Positions 7,911-19,500 of a DNA stretch of 33,479 nt are shown one piece after another (the stretch's first letter is position 1; each line of letters opens with the position of its first letter). Location of the stretch: positions 1-33,479 of IMG/VR virus record IMGVR_UViG_3300044970_000972; one strand, written 5' to 3'. The position numbers were made by a program, and so were the translations under genes. The notes beneath the pieces are model-generated. The model saw only the letters and a program-made list of their open reading frames with translations. It did no database searches and was not told where the DNA came from. This DNA comes from a virus. Its lineage: Duplodnaviria; Caudoviricetes.

Positions 7911-10900
7911 GCTAAAGCAATTACTCTTAAATCTTTAAATCTTGGAGCATATGCTTCATTAGTTCCAGAACATACAATCTTAATAGCAAATCCAGTAAAT
8001 TTGTCAAGATTATCAGCACTAAATTGATACTCTAGGAATTGATTATCCCTACTTGATGGAACAAAAGCATCTGATCTGCCGCTGTTTAGAGTAGCGTCAA
8101 TGATCGTCTCTCCAAATCCATCACCATTCAAATCTCTCAAGTTATCATACCCTGGGAATAGTTCATAGGATTGTTGAACTTCACTAGAATCTGGTCTAAA
8201 GAGTCTATAGAGAACTCTAAAGTCAGCGGAAGAATGTCTATAAGCAGAAACAAGAACTTTAAGTGAAGTTGCTGGTTGTTTCAGATCAACTCTATTTGAA
8301 ATGTAAATGGCGGAGTGAGGATCTCCAGATATCAGTTTAACCCTAGAATCAGTAGAATAATTTACAATTGGGGCATTAACTCTATTTCTTTGTAGAATTA
8401 GAACACCATTCTGACTATCAATTACGGGAGAAAGATTAGGATCTTGCGAATTAAATTGGATTGCCAGTGTTGTTGATCTATTCTTAGGAAGATCAGTTAA
8501 TCTGTTTGTCTCATTAATTTCGGAACAAACAAGTCTTGTAGAAGAAACTCTGTTAACTTGATTTAATTCAACGGGTTCATAACCTTGATCAATAAATGAG
8601 ATTTCGGATCCACCAGCACTTGTTCCAGAAACAGATCTTAATTCTGCTGAAACAGATGTTGTTTCTCCTGGAGTAATAACATTAAATTGTGGAACAATAG
8701 CGTTATATTGGAAGTTTTGTGAAGCAAATACCTCCATTCCTCCAAGTGATCTTTCATCTGTGAAACTCAGTTGAGTATCACCAGATGGTCTGTTTGATCT
8801 ACTAATTTGTAAGTAATACTTATCAATGTTTTTAGATGCTTTTAGAGCAGAATCAGTTGGCATATCATGAGTTGTGTTGATCTTAGTGAGAGAAACTCCA
8901 TTTAATTCATACTTATAGCAAAGATCATTAACATTATGAGTTCTGGTTAAGGAACCGTCTATACCTCTTGTGCCAATACCAAGTGTTCCAGAACCAATGC
9001 TGTTATAGTAAATAATTTCATTATTAATCTTGACATATCCAGTTGAAGTTGAAATACCTTCAAAAGTAGCAAATGTTGAAGTGCTGGCAACAGAGATAGT
9101 TGTTGCATCAACCGCAAGATTGGCAGTTAAAAGAACTGGAGCAGTATTTGGTTCAATATCGGCAAGAGTAACCTTGTTATTATCTGCCATCATACCATGA
9201 TTATAATGCTCAACTTCAACAACTCTACCATCATATAGATTGCTGATGAGAGAAGAAGATCCTCTAATATCAGTATTCGCCACAGCAACAGCAGTTGATC
9301 CTTCAAAGTAAACTAAATCTTGACCATCAGTAAACTCTTCACCTTGAACATTTGTTAGGTACAATGTATCAATTCCATTAATGTTAGAAACAGTGATTGT
9401 AGCACTAGATCCCTTAACAACATTACTAGTTGTAATTCCCAGAACATCACCTATCGCATAACCATTTCCTGGAGTTGTAATGGAAACTGCAGAAACAATA
9501 TTTGAAGATATTGTTACAACACCGACCGCTCCAGAACCATTTCCAGTTACTGAATAGAATGACACTCCAGCAAATGTTCCGTTTGAATATCCAACGCCAG
9601 TATTGGTAAGTGAAAGAGCAGAAACTCTACTTCCAATATTTTCAATATATCCGTAAGGACCTGATGAGTTAGTTTCGCTTACCTTTCTACCTGGAATCAA
9701 AATACTACCCATTGTTGTTGTAGTTGTAATTCCAACTTTTAACTTTCTAGGTAATGTTTTAATTGGATTTGGAAGTAGTCTTGGGGTTTGACTATTTCTA
9801 GTCCCTAGTTTAGGATTATAGAAATAAACTGTGCCAAGATTTTGGGTAAACTGTGCTTTATAGAGAGTAAATTTGAGATCTTCAAATTGGCTTGGAGTCC
9901 AAATAGTTCCATTCTGTGATTTAAATAGACTCCCTCCTAAGTATTGCTTAGTTACAACTACACTTTCAGCATCTGGTAAATTCTGAGTATTTACAGTTCT
10001 TTCACCCATTCTTGCGATCCAAGTTTCATAATTATTTGAAGATGGTGAAAGAATTACAATCGCATATTCCTCACCTGGTTGTAGATAGACAGGTGATGGG
10101 AATGTAACTCTTGTGGCAACAGATCCATCAGAAGACGTATTGACCTGAGATGGTTCAAGAGTGACTCTTGCGAAGTCTTGAACCAATTGATCTGTTGGTG
10201 TTCCAAGCTCTACAGTTCTAAGTTCAACTGTAACTTTTTCATTTTCATCTTTGCTAGCAAAGAATAGATCAACAGAAGTCAAGAATGCTCCAGTTTCATC
10301 AACAGTAAATGTCTGAGCAAGAGGATCCTTTCCACCGCCACGAGCAGGAGGTGGTGGTGGGGGTGGTGGGGGTGGTCTTCTAACTATGACATTAGTTTGT
10401 CTAAATGTGTCTACGATTCCACTTGTGGAATAACTAGTTTCAGCACTACTAATTAATAGACTTCCAGGTAGTGGAGAGGCATTTGTAGAACTAGATGTGA
10501 GTTTAAATGTCTTAGTGCCAGTTCTGAATCTCAGAGTTGGTGGAGGTGATGCTAGTGGGTCTCTGAAGAAGAATGAACCACCTAGATCTCCAAAAGTATC
10601 GGTAACCAGTCTTATATTGGCAACAGATGCCTGAGCACCGCTAGTTCTACCAATTAAGACAGTACCAATAGTCACGTAACCAGTAAATCTTCCTTGTGCC
10701 TCTTCAGATAGAGAAGCAACGTCTATATTCAATACTGTTGAAGATGCTGAATATGTTGAAGGAAGACTGATTGAGGTATTGTATGGATTGGCATTAAATG
10801 TTGTTGCTGGATTGTTGATATCACCAGTTTTGTGGTTTGGTTGACAAGATCTAAATGATATGACTCTGGTTCCACCTATAAATCCATCTACAGTTTCTCC

Positions 10901-13900
10901 ATTTTGGAAAATACCAGATGTCATTGAGATTTCCAAAAGTTTTGGAACTATGTCAATGCCACTAGTGCTATCAAAGAATGGATAGTATCTTGTTACTGGC
11001 TTTAATCCACCCGCACCAAAAGCAACGTTTCTTGAACGAATATGGGTATCTGGTTCGCTACTGATTTTAATAGTCTCTACATATGAACCATCAAAATCTC
11101 CAGTGATTGTTCTTTCACCACCACTTACAAATATATTTCTAACCCAATTGTCGGATGCTGGTTCCAATTGAACTCTACCAACAAATTCAATCATATTAAA
11201 TGGATTTACATTTTCCACTCTAGAAGCTAGAGGTTGCCCGATCCAACTTACTTCATCATAATCTAATGTGATTAGATCTCCAGTTTTTCTGACATTAGAA
11301 TCTAAAAGTTCAAGATTTGCTGAAAAATCGGCGGTCTCAGTATTGGTTGATGGTAATAAAGCTAATTCTGGTTTTAATGAATAGAAATCAAGAGGGGTGT
11401 TTAATTCTTGATTTTCTACATCAACATCACACTTACAATCAGGATTAAGTAGATCTAAAAGATCGTTGTTCTTAAAATCATCTACAAAGAATCCAGACTT
11501 AAATCTAGAAAGACCATCAGAATCTTGAATTTGGAGAGTTTTGGTATCAAGTTCAAGCAAACTTAGAGAAGTAACTACCTCTAGAGTTGAAATCCTATCA
11601 TCAAGTTTTCCAATATCTCTCATCGTATATCTTCTATTATCAACGAGAGTTATAACAGCATCGTCTGGATCATAAAGATATGCCGGAAGTTTGATCGTTC
11701 CGATATCCATCGCACTTTCAACATTTGTTGGTTCTTTAGGGTCTAGGGCAGATACACCTTTGGCAATTGAGAAGTTTCCGAGACTATCAAGAATCAATTT
11801 ATCAATTCTTGGCAGATAGTAACTATATCCAATTAAAGAACTTTCATTTGGTGCTATCACTAAAGTGGGATTATTTCCAGATGAACCAAAATTTCTACTT
11901 GAAAAGGCAAATGGTGATGAAGTTGTAGATGTAAAGGAAGAAACTCTTGGTCTAAAGTCAAGAGTATCTGACGATCTCAAATTATTTCTTAAGAGAGGAA
12001 TATCTTTTGTAAATCTCTCTTCACTATATGATTCTACACTATACAAGTCTCCAAGATCATTAGATGGTACAGAGTAGTAGTTATATACTACCAATAACTT
12101 CCTGGTAGGTTCTGGGAAGTTGATTTTTCTAACAATTTTAGAATAATCATAATATTGTTCTTTCTGACCCTTGTCTAGATCAAATCTATTACTAATATTT
12201 AAATAATTTCCTACAGTTATACTTTGAATATTTGTTATGATGCTTGATTCTTCAAATGTAACAGTTTCACCTACTGTGAAAGTTTGTGGAGTTAGATAAC
12301 AGATCTCAACCTCGGTAGATGAAGACCTTGTAGCAAGTTGAGCAATAGCACCACTAGTAGAACCAACGATTCTTTCACCCAAGATTGAATTTGTGTCTAA
12401 TGAAAGACCAGAAACAAAAGTTAATTTATCTAAAGTTGGGTTAGATGTGTCTAAAGATTCAAAAACACCAACAACATTAACAACATCGGGAACATTCAGT
12501 GAAATTTCTTTATCTTGAACTCTTAATCCGTAGAATTGACTTGTACTTAATCCACTCAGAGCAGTAGAGATACCAGAAAAAGTTTTGTCAATAATGACTT
12601 TTTGACTTCTAATAAAATCTTTTTGTTTATTTTTAATAAGATTTTTTCTTACGGTCGCATTCAATGTCACATTGGAAGTTTGACTTACCCTTAATCCAGA
12701 GAAAACAATTTGTGATCCATTTGAATTAAGAGTAAACTGATCGCCAGTTAAATCTTCTACATCACCATTTGAATAGTGAATTGAATATCTTTCCGCATCA
12801 AATGTCTCAAAGAATGCGCTAGAAATACCAGTGGAAGTTATGTCAACACTTAAAGATCCAACAGAATTGGATGTAAGTTCTCTAAGTTGAGTTGTGACAA
12901 GAAGATTTGAGTTTGAAAGACTTACATCTGAAACATTGGAGGCATCCAATGGAGCATAAAGTCCAGCACTTTCATCATTGGTAATATTTGGAGCACCAAT
13001 AGAAAATGTTACAGATTGAGTTGACGATGGTAATCCACCATTACATACCCCAAATACGCTTGAAATACCAGCAACAGTCATAGTTAGACCATCACTGGAA
13101 ACTGAAACTACCCTGTTGTAAGTTTCTGTTGACAGACCAGATACTTGATATCTGATAATGGCATCACTTCTAATTCCTAAAAAGTTTTTACCGGGGCAAG
13201 TTACTGATCCAGCACTAGTTCCACCAGTGATTGTTACCCTATCGGTAATATTAAATCCAGATGGAACAAATCTTTGAAGAACAGTATCAGCAACAAATGA
13301 AGTTTTGATTCCGGAAGATATTGAGTTTGAAGACTGGAAAACTGATTTAATATCTTGAGTATTGAATGCTTTAACACTAACAATACTTCTGGAATATTCT
13401 GTCGTTTCATTTATTAAAATTTGCTCACCAGCAATAAATGAACCAGAAGTTTGAATGAGTGTTAATCCTGTTCCAGCAGCGGCACGATCAACATATCCAG
13501 ATGCGTTGCTACTTATACCTCTAACATACGAAGTTGCTGGGCACTGGTCGGAATTTAAACTTTGATTGATGGTGAGTTTTGTATAAGTTTGAACATCAAA
13601 GAGATATAAATCCCACTCTGTTCCATCGTTTGAATAAGCAGCATCGCTTAACCCAAATGAATATACTCTAGCTTGTCCAATCTCAGTTCCAGTTCCAGAT
13701 CCTTCAGATGCCTTTCTTTGATTATATAATGACAGGGTATTATTCCCAGTATTAATGCCTACAAATGGCGTTCCAGTAACATTATTAACTTTGAGTAGGT
13801 TACCCATCTCAAATGGCACTAGAGAAGTTCCTACGGTTGCCTTATCTCTTGGTTTATCTACATCTAGTATTGTCGTTGCTTGCTTTTCAATATCAAATCC

Positions 13901-14986
13901 CCTTACATAAGCTTTTCCTGGGGAAATCTTAATACACATTAAATCATCAGACGGAATATTTCCAGAATCAGTTACCTGAGTAGATAGATATATTCCCTCG
14001 TTTGAAATTCCATCATTTAGTGAATTTGCTACTTGAACATTAAATTTATCTACTGCATAATCACCAGACTCTTCATATGTTCTCTTCGCAAAATAGTCTT
14101 TTATAATTGAATATTCAGACTTGTTTTGTAATTTCTTAACTTCTCCATTATCAAGTCTAATCAGTTCAACAAAACTTTTGTCGTTAAAATCTGTTAATGG
14201 TTTTTTAGATAAAACTGTAGAAATTTTTAATCTATCTGCTCCAGGTGCGGCATAGTTTGAAAATCCTCTAGCATTGTCATAAAGACTAGAATCATCTTTA
14301 GCAGTAACAATTTCTTCTAAAATGTTTAATCCAACTCTATATGAAGGAGTGTTGGAATATGGATCTAGAACAATTTTATCAGTTGCTACATCTACAAAAG
14401 TACCTCTAATGAAGTAAACACCAGAAGAAATTCCAACGGCACATCCAATTGCCGAAGCATTTAGGGAAACTAATGTGGCAACAGTATCTCCAGCATTAAT
14501 GGAGGTGTTTCCATAAACAAATGATTCTTCGGTAATTAAAAATTCACCATCATTTAATGTTTTAACAATATTATCAGATCCAGATCCAAGATATTTGACA
14601 AATAAAGTTAAGTCTGTAATTTCTGTTGAATCTGCTGGGAGCAGATACTTATCAACTACTACAGTAATCCCAGAATCTTGACCGGTTAATCTTTTTCCTA
14701 CTAATTGATCTACGTATAGTGAAACTGGAATTCCTAAATGATCTTGATTTAATCGTATTGAGTAATATTCAGAATCGTAATTAATATTACCTGGGATCAC
14801 CATGGATCCCTCTTTAAAGATATGACTTCCGAAGGACTCTATCTGGTTTTGTAATATTGATTGAAGCGTCGTTAATTCTCTAGCCTGTACTGGGTATCCT
14901 GGCTTGAATAAAACTTTATAAAAATTATTATCCTTATTAAAGTCATCATAATAAGGATTGATATTTAAATTTGTTTTCTGTGGCAT
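7907..14986 (-). CDS. VrlC-like (DUF4815-type) large virion structural protein (2359 aa)
   Basis: N-terminal NLNINPYYDDF...KVLFKPGYPVQARELTTLQS, APGADRLKI, GKAYVRG, RFKSGFFVDDF, DPLAQTF, GSLFKSQNG, C-terminal PRFKDLRVIALA. Confidence 0.85.
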   Translation of the reverse strand: MPQKTNLNINPYYDDFNKDNNFYKVLFKPGYPVQARELTTLQSILQNQIESFGSHIFKEGSMVIPGNINYDSEYYSIRLNQDHLGIPVSLYVDQLVGKRLTGQDSGITVVVDKYLLPADSTEITDLTLFVKYLGSGSDNIVKTLNDGEFLITEESFVYGNTSINAGDTVATLVSLNASAIGCAVGISSGVYFIRGTFVDVATDKIVLDPYSNTPSYRVGLNILEEIVTAKDDSSLYDNARGFSNYAAPGADRLKISTVLSKKPLTDFNDKSFVELIRLDNGEVKKLQNKSEYSIIKDYFAKRTYEESGDYAVDKFNVQVANSLNDGISNEGIYLSTQVTDSGNIPSDDLMCIKISPGKAYVRGFDIEKQATTILDVDKPRDKATVGTSLVPFEMGNLLKVNNVTGTPFVGINTGNNTLSLYNQRKASEGSGTGTEIGQARVYSFGLSDAAYSNDGTEWDLYLFDVQTYTKLTINQSLNSDQCPATSYVRGISSNASGYVDRAAAGTGLTLIQTSGSFIAGEQILINETTEYSRSIVSVKAFNTQDIKSVFQSSNSISSGIKTSFVADTVLQRFVPSGFNITDRVTITGGTSAGSVTCPGKNFLGIRSDAIIRYQVSGLSTETYNRVVSVSSDGLTMTVAGISSVFGVCNGGLPSSTQSVTFSIGAPNITNDESAGLYAPLDASNVSDVSLSNSNLLVTTQLRELTSNSVGSLSVDITSTGISSAFFETFDAERYSIHYSNGDVEDLTGDQFTLNSNGSQIVFSGLRVSQTSNVTLNATVRKNLIKNKQKDFIRSQKVIIDKTFSGISTALSGLSTSQFYGLRVQDKEISLNVPDVVNVVGVFESLDTSNPTLDKLTFVSGLSLDTNSILGERIVGSTSGAIAQLATRSSSTEVEICYLTPQTFTVGETVTFEESSIITNIQSITVGNYLNISNRFDLDKGQKEQYYDYSKIVRKINFPEPTRKLLVVYNYYSVPSNDLGDLYSVESYSEERFTKDIPLLRNNLRSSDTLDFRPRVSSFTSTTSSPFAFSSRNFGSSGNNPTLVIAPNESSLIGYSYYLPRIDKLILDSLGNFSIAKGVSALDPKEPTNVESAMDIGTIKLPAYLYDPDDAVITLVDNRRYTMRDIGKLDDRISTLEVVTSLSLLELDTKTLQIQDSDGLSRFKSGFFVDDFKNNDLLDLLNPDCKCDVDVENQELNTPLDFYSLKPELALLPSTNTETADFSANLELLDSNVRKTGDLITLDYDEVSWIGQPLASRVENVNPFNMIEFVGRVQLEPASDNWVRNIFVSGGERTITGDFDGSYVETIKISSEPDTHIRSRNVAFGAGGLKPVTRYYPFFDSTSGIDIVPKLLEISMTSGIFQNGETVDGFIGGTRVISFRSCQPNHKTGDINNPATTFNANPYNTSISLPSTYSASSTVLNIDVASLSEEAQGRFTGYVTIGTVLIGRTSGAQASVANIRLVTDTFGDLGGSFFFRDPLASPPPTLRFRTGTKTFKLTSSSTNASPLPGSLLISSAETSYSTSGIVDTFRQTNVIVRRPPPPPPPPPPARGGGKDPLAQTFTVDETGAFLTSVDLFFASKDENEKVTVELRTVELGTPTDQLVQDFARVTLEPSQVNTSSDGSVATRVTFPSPVYLQPGEEYAIVILSPSSNNYETWIARMGERTVNTQNLPDAESVVVTKQYLGGSLFKSQNGTIWTPSQFEDLKFTLYKAQFTQNLGTVYFYNPKLGTRNSQTPRLLPNPIKTLPRKLKVGITTTTTMGSILIPGRKVSETNSSGPYGYIENIGSRVSALSLTNTGVGYSNGTFAGVSFYSVTGNGSGAVGVVTISSNIVSAVSITTPGNGYAIGDVLGITTSNVVKGSSATITVSNINGIDTLYLTNVQGEEFTDGQDLVYFEGSTAVAVANTDIRGSSSLISNLYDGRVVEVEHYNHGMMADNNKVTLADIEPNTAPVLLTANLAVDATTISVASTSTFATFEGISTSTGYVKINNEIIYYNSIGSGTLGIGTRGIDGSLTRTHNVNDLCYKYELNGVSLTKINTTHDMPTDSALKASKNIDKYYLQISRSNRPSGDTQLSFTDERSLGGMEVFASQNFQYNAIVPQFNVITPGETTSVSAELRSVSGTSAGGSEISFIDQGYEPVELNQVNRVSSTRLVCSEINETNRLTDLPKNRSTTLAIQFNSQDPNLSPVIDSQNGVLILQRNRVNAPIVNYSTDSRVKLISGDPHSAIYISNRVDLKQPATSLKVLVSAYRHSSADFRVLYRLFRPDSSEVQQSYELFPGYDNLRDLNGDGFGETIIDATLNSGRSDAFVPSSRDNQFLEYQFSADNLDKFTGFAIKIVCSGTNEAYAPRFKDLRVIALA
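10346..10375 (-). repeat. Poly-proline tract (10 Pro) in the VrlC-like protein
   Basis: Ten consecutive CCN codons (RRPPPPPPPPPPARGGGKDPLAQTF). Confidence 0.95.
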
Positions 14987-14989
14987 TTT

Positions 14990-16540
14990 TTAGAATTCCA
15001 GGATAATTTTAACGTCTTCTTTTTGTCTAGAATTTCTTGTAATCAATGGTCTATTATCTAAGTAGATAATTTCACCCGACCCTTTATTTATCTCAGGATT
15101 TGAGAGACCATTTGTAAATTGACTACCAAGACTAATAATTTTGTTTCCTGTTGGATTTGTAGTAATACCAGTAAAATTAATATCTACAGATCCAGAGAAT
15201 CCACCAGAAGTTGTAACTGGATTTGCTGATGATTCAAAATTCAATACTTTAGAACTTGTAGAAACACCAACATAATCAGTTTGATCTAAAGTTGTTTGAT
15301 TGAAATATAAGGATCTATCTCTATAGTATTTAAGAACCTTTGTTTCAGAGTCATATGAAGCAACATATCCGTGTGCTGATCCACCAGTTACAGATTGACT
15401 AATTTTATCCCCAACACTAATCGTACCAGAAACCGTTGAGAACTTTAAAGAATACAATGAAGAAAATTGATTTTCTGTAAATACTGAAGTTGATCCGATT
15501 GAAGTTGGATTTTTTACAATACCAATTTGTGAAAACTTAGTATCAGTTGGGAAGTCTTTGGTGGAATCATCAAATCTAGCATAGATTAAAATTTTATCTG
15601 TTCCCAACTCTTTATATAAATCATATCCATGTCCCTTTGATGGTGGAATAATTGGAATTAGTTTGGCAAAATTGCCAGTAGAATTAGCATTGATTGATCC
15701 CAAATCAACCATACCATAAGTATAATTTTTACCGCCAGATGAAACAATAGCGTTTGTTACTTTTCCACTTATAACATCTACAACAACCTTTGCCCCACTT
15801 CCATCACCAAGAATGCTAACCTCTTGTCCAAGACCACCAGAATATCCAGATCCCTGATTTTGAATATAAACTTTTTTGATTTGATTATTATTAGTAGTTG
15901 AATCTCCGTTCTCTCTAACCGCCTGTATTTGGGAATCCGTAGATGTTGACCAGTTATTCGGTACAGAAATATATTCAGTAGAATCAAATTTTATAATATC
16001 ACTAGGAGAAACGGTAAAAAGGTATTTCCAGATATACCCATCACCACTTTCACCTGCTCTGGAAGGTTCTAAATCAGTAAATAATGGTTCATCTTGCGAA
16101 GCATTTCCTGTGGTGCTAATTCCAGAAGAACCGTTATCAATACAAATATACACATTATAATTACTATTCATTACATAGTAATTTGCGTCATATAATCTAG
16201 AAGATTGTGTTATAGGTGAAGGAGAAGTAATACTGTAATCTTGGCGATACATTTCATATCTGGTTCCCTGCGTCCAATCAATCCTTCTAATTAATCTTCT
16301 TACATTCAGAGACGTAATCTTTTTACCAAAGATCATTGTATCCGAAACATGACTAATATTGTCAAAGTTATCAATTGGATTTGGAGTATTTGTATTCCAA
16401 TCAGAAGTTCTTCCAAATCCAACTTGAGTGGGGTTGGACAATCCTAAAAATACATAATAAGAATTTGATGAGCTATCAATACTCTCTACAAAGTTATTCG
16501 CATTTAAAATTCTAAATTGATCTGTTACAATAGCAGACAT
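14990..16540 (-). CDS. gp8: Baseplate wedge subunit (T4 gp8-like)
   Basis: YYVMNSNYNVYICIDN, DGYIWKYLFT, SGEIIYLDNR...QKEDVKIILEF motifs; follows gp7. Confidence 0.9.
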   Translation of the reverse strand: MSAIVTDQFRILNANNFVESIDSSSNSYYVFLGLSNPTQVGFGRTSDWNTNTPNPIDNFDNISHVSDTMIFGKKITSLNVRRLIRRIDWTQGTRYEMYRQDYSITSPSPITQSSRLYDANYYVMNSNYNVYICIDNGSSGISTTGNASQDEPLFTDLEPSRAGESGDGYIWKYLFTVSPSDIIKFDSTEYISVPNNWSTSTDSQIQAVRENGDSTTNNNQIKKVYIQNQGSGYSGGLGQEVSILGDGSGAKVVVDVISGKVTNAIVSSGGKNYTYGMVDLGSINANSTGNFAKLIPIIPPSKGHGYDLYKELGTDKILIYARFDDSTKDFPTDTKFSQIGIVKNPTSIGSTSVFTENQFSSLYSLKFSTVSGTISVGDKISQSVTGGSAHGYVASYDSETKVLKYYRDRSLYFNQTTLDQTDYVGVSTSSKVLNFESSANPVTTSGGFSGSVDINFTGITTNPTGNKIISLGSQFTNGLSNPEINKGSGEIIYLDNRPLITRNSRQKEDVKIILEF

Positions 16541-16558
16541 ATTATTAGCTTTTTCCTA

Positions 16559-16566
16559 TATTTATA
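16559..16566 (-). promoter_or_regulatory. T4-type late promoter TATAAATA
   Basis: Perfect consensus immediately after the gp7 stop, in the 26-nt gap before gp8. Confidence 0.8.
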
Positions 16567-19500
16567 CTACCCAAGATCCTTTCTCAAGGCACCACTATCT
16601 CTTAGTCCATAATCTCTTCTCTGAATTGATGGGAATGTAGAAAGTCCAGCATCAATTGTGAATCCAGTTACACCAAGAGATATTGGATTACTTGATCTAT
16701 TAAATCCAGACAGTCTTCCCCAAGAGAATCTACCTATTGGTTGACTTGTTGATCCAGATGTGTTAATTCCAATGATATTAGATGAGGAATGAACATTTGC
16801 CACTATTTCAGAATTTGATCCACTAGAAGTAATAGAGTGAATGTAGTAAATATTATCCAAGAATGTTGTTCCAATTCCTACAACAGCAGAATTACTTCCA
16901 TCTATAGAAGTTACTCCAGATCCAACTGAGGTATTGAAAATGTAAAGTGGATATCCAGTTACAAGTCCAACAAAAGATGTGGCATTAAGATTAAACTTAA
17001 GTGCTAATGGATTTCCAGAGGTTCCTGAAGTAGTGCTGATTCCTGTAATAATCCCAGCAAATCCCTCCACTGTAGTGATGTTGTTAACATCTTCTTTTGA
17101 GAATGTGGGTAGAGGAGAAAGAACTTGAGGAGGATTGTTTTGTGAATAACCAAACCCTTGGTTCACTATAGTCGTAGAAGTTACTTGCCCATTTGTTATC
17201 GTAGCAGTCGCAGTTGCAGTTGTTCCAACACCAACACCAACTGTAGGAGGCGCAGATATTGAAACAGTAATTGCTGAACCAACATAACCACTTCCAGAAC
17301 TTACGATACTTAAAGATTGGATTGTTCCTCCTGCCGAAACTACAGCAGTAAGTCCAGCAGCAACTGGAGAATCTCCCGTAACAATTAATCCACCGACACT
17401 AGAAATAACCAGAACAGAGTTATTTTCCTCATAGTTAAAGAATTGTGCGTCATCAACAAATAATTCCGTGGCACTAGATGAAAGGTTCTTGATTATTCTA
17501 GCAGTTGGGTAAACTAGAGATTCAATTGAGTCTCTAGACTTATAAACATAATCGCCATTAATATATCTATCAACCTTTTGCTTAGTCCAACTCAGAGGTT
17601 TAAAGTTAATTTGATCTATACCCTGATCAACATAAAGATTTGTCTCAATTTTATCAGATGATGCTATATTGTAAATTGTTCTTAGATTTTGATCAATTGT
17701 TTGTGGATAGTTGTTATTCTTGAATACTTGTACAGCATCTCCAACCTTAATAGTTTCATTGATAGAAACAGATATACTATCAGTTCCAGTGGTTCCTTTA
17801 TAGAAGAAAATTGAGATATTATCCTCTGGTTCTGGGGGAACCATGAATGTGAATGAAGTCCCCCCTTCAAACGTATAGGATTCTCCAGGAGTCTGTAATA
17901 TACCATTTACAAATATTAGTAGTAAAGAATTTAAATCTATTAGAGAAGAATCTGGGTCATTACTATTAACTTCAAAACTTATAAGTTGTCCGTTATAATT
18001 TAATGGGAATCTTAAACGATTTCCATCTTGTAGACTTAAAATTGAATCAATATAGTCAAATTCACCAAATTCCCATGATGATAATCTATCAGTATATACA
18101 TCCAATACGGTCAATTGGAAATCATTAATTGGTGATGCGAGTCTTCTATCTGTAACCAGACCAACAGGAGTAAACACATCTCCCACTTTAAATCCATATC
18201 CAGTTCTAGCAATCTTAAACGAAGTGACCTCAAACAATGTTGATCCTATACCCGTTGTGGAACTAGCACCAACATCAACTGTTACGAGCAGTCCAGATCC
18301 ACTATCTGTTGTTGCCCCAGCCCCAAGTCTTGAAACTCCTCTAATTTCAAGGTTTTCATATGAAGGTTGAGGTATTTGAATAGTTGGATTTGTATAACCA
18401 GTTCCAGAGTTTACAATTGTAAATGCTAAAGTTCCACCCAGACCAACTATTGCTGTGATAGAAGCAGCAGTTCCAACATGTCCAGTCTGAGTGATTCCAA
18501 TAGAAATAGTTCCACGATATCCAGATCCAGAAATATCAGTTGTTCCCAAACCAACCGATACAATCGTACCACCAGCACCAACAACAGCAGTTACAGATGC
18601 TCCTACGAGAGGAGCAATGCCAAGTCCACCACTTGAACCAAGAGAAACAATTACACCACCACGAGGTAGTTGATTTTGATTTACATCAAATTGACTCTTT
18701 ACAATAGATCCATTTGAAGAAGTAATACCAGTAAAGACTACACTAGAAACTCCAACATTTTCAATAAAGGAATAGTTATTACCGGTATTGTTTATTGTTG
18801 ATGGTTTTTGGAAAATTCCATTCAATAACAAAATTCCACTTCCTGTTTGTATTCCTGTTGTGTTAATACCTTGAACAGTTACTGTGTAAGTTTGTCCAAT
18901 TCCAGTGAATCTATCGGAAATATCATCAAAGATTCTATTATTGGTATAATCGTTTCTTAAATAGACTCTACCATCAAATGAAGATCTTGTATACTCTAAA
19001 TTAGAAGAATCTCTTAAAATTGTATTTTTACCTTTTGGAGCATCTGTAAAGTAAATTTTATTTCCTACAATATTAAAAGATCCAGAGTACAATCTGACTT
19101 CAGTGCTATCAGCATGAGATGTTGCTGATGTGCCGACAAATGCCCTACTAACTTCCAGTAGATTTACGCTACCAGATCCACTAATTGGACCAGTTGATGT
19201 TGTTCCAAAACCAACTGAAACAACTTTCATATATTCATCATCTATTCTTACAATATTATTTGGTCTTATTGAGGTTATTCCTGTAACACCAAAAACTGTA
19301 GAAGAATTAGATATTTGACCACCATTGTTATACAAGTTAGTCTTAATTGGTGTAAATGCTAACGGAGATTGAATGATTCCATCTATATCAATTAAAGTCT
19401 TTTCATTCTTTTTATACATCTCAAGTTCATGAGCATTTCCAGAACCTAGAGAAGTAAATGTTACATAAATTCCACTAGATGCAAAATTTGATCTTGTTGA

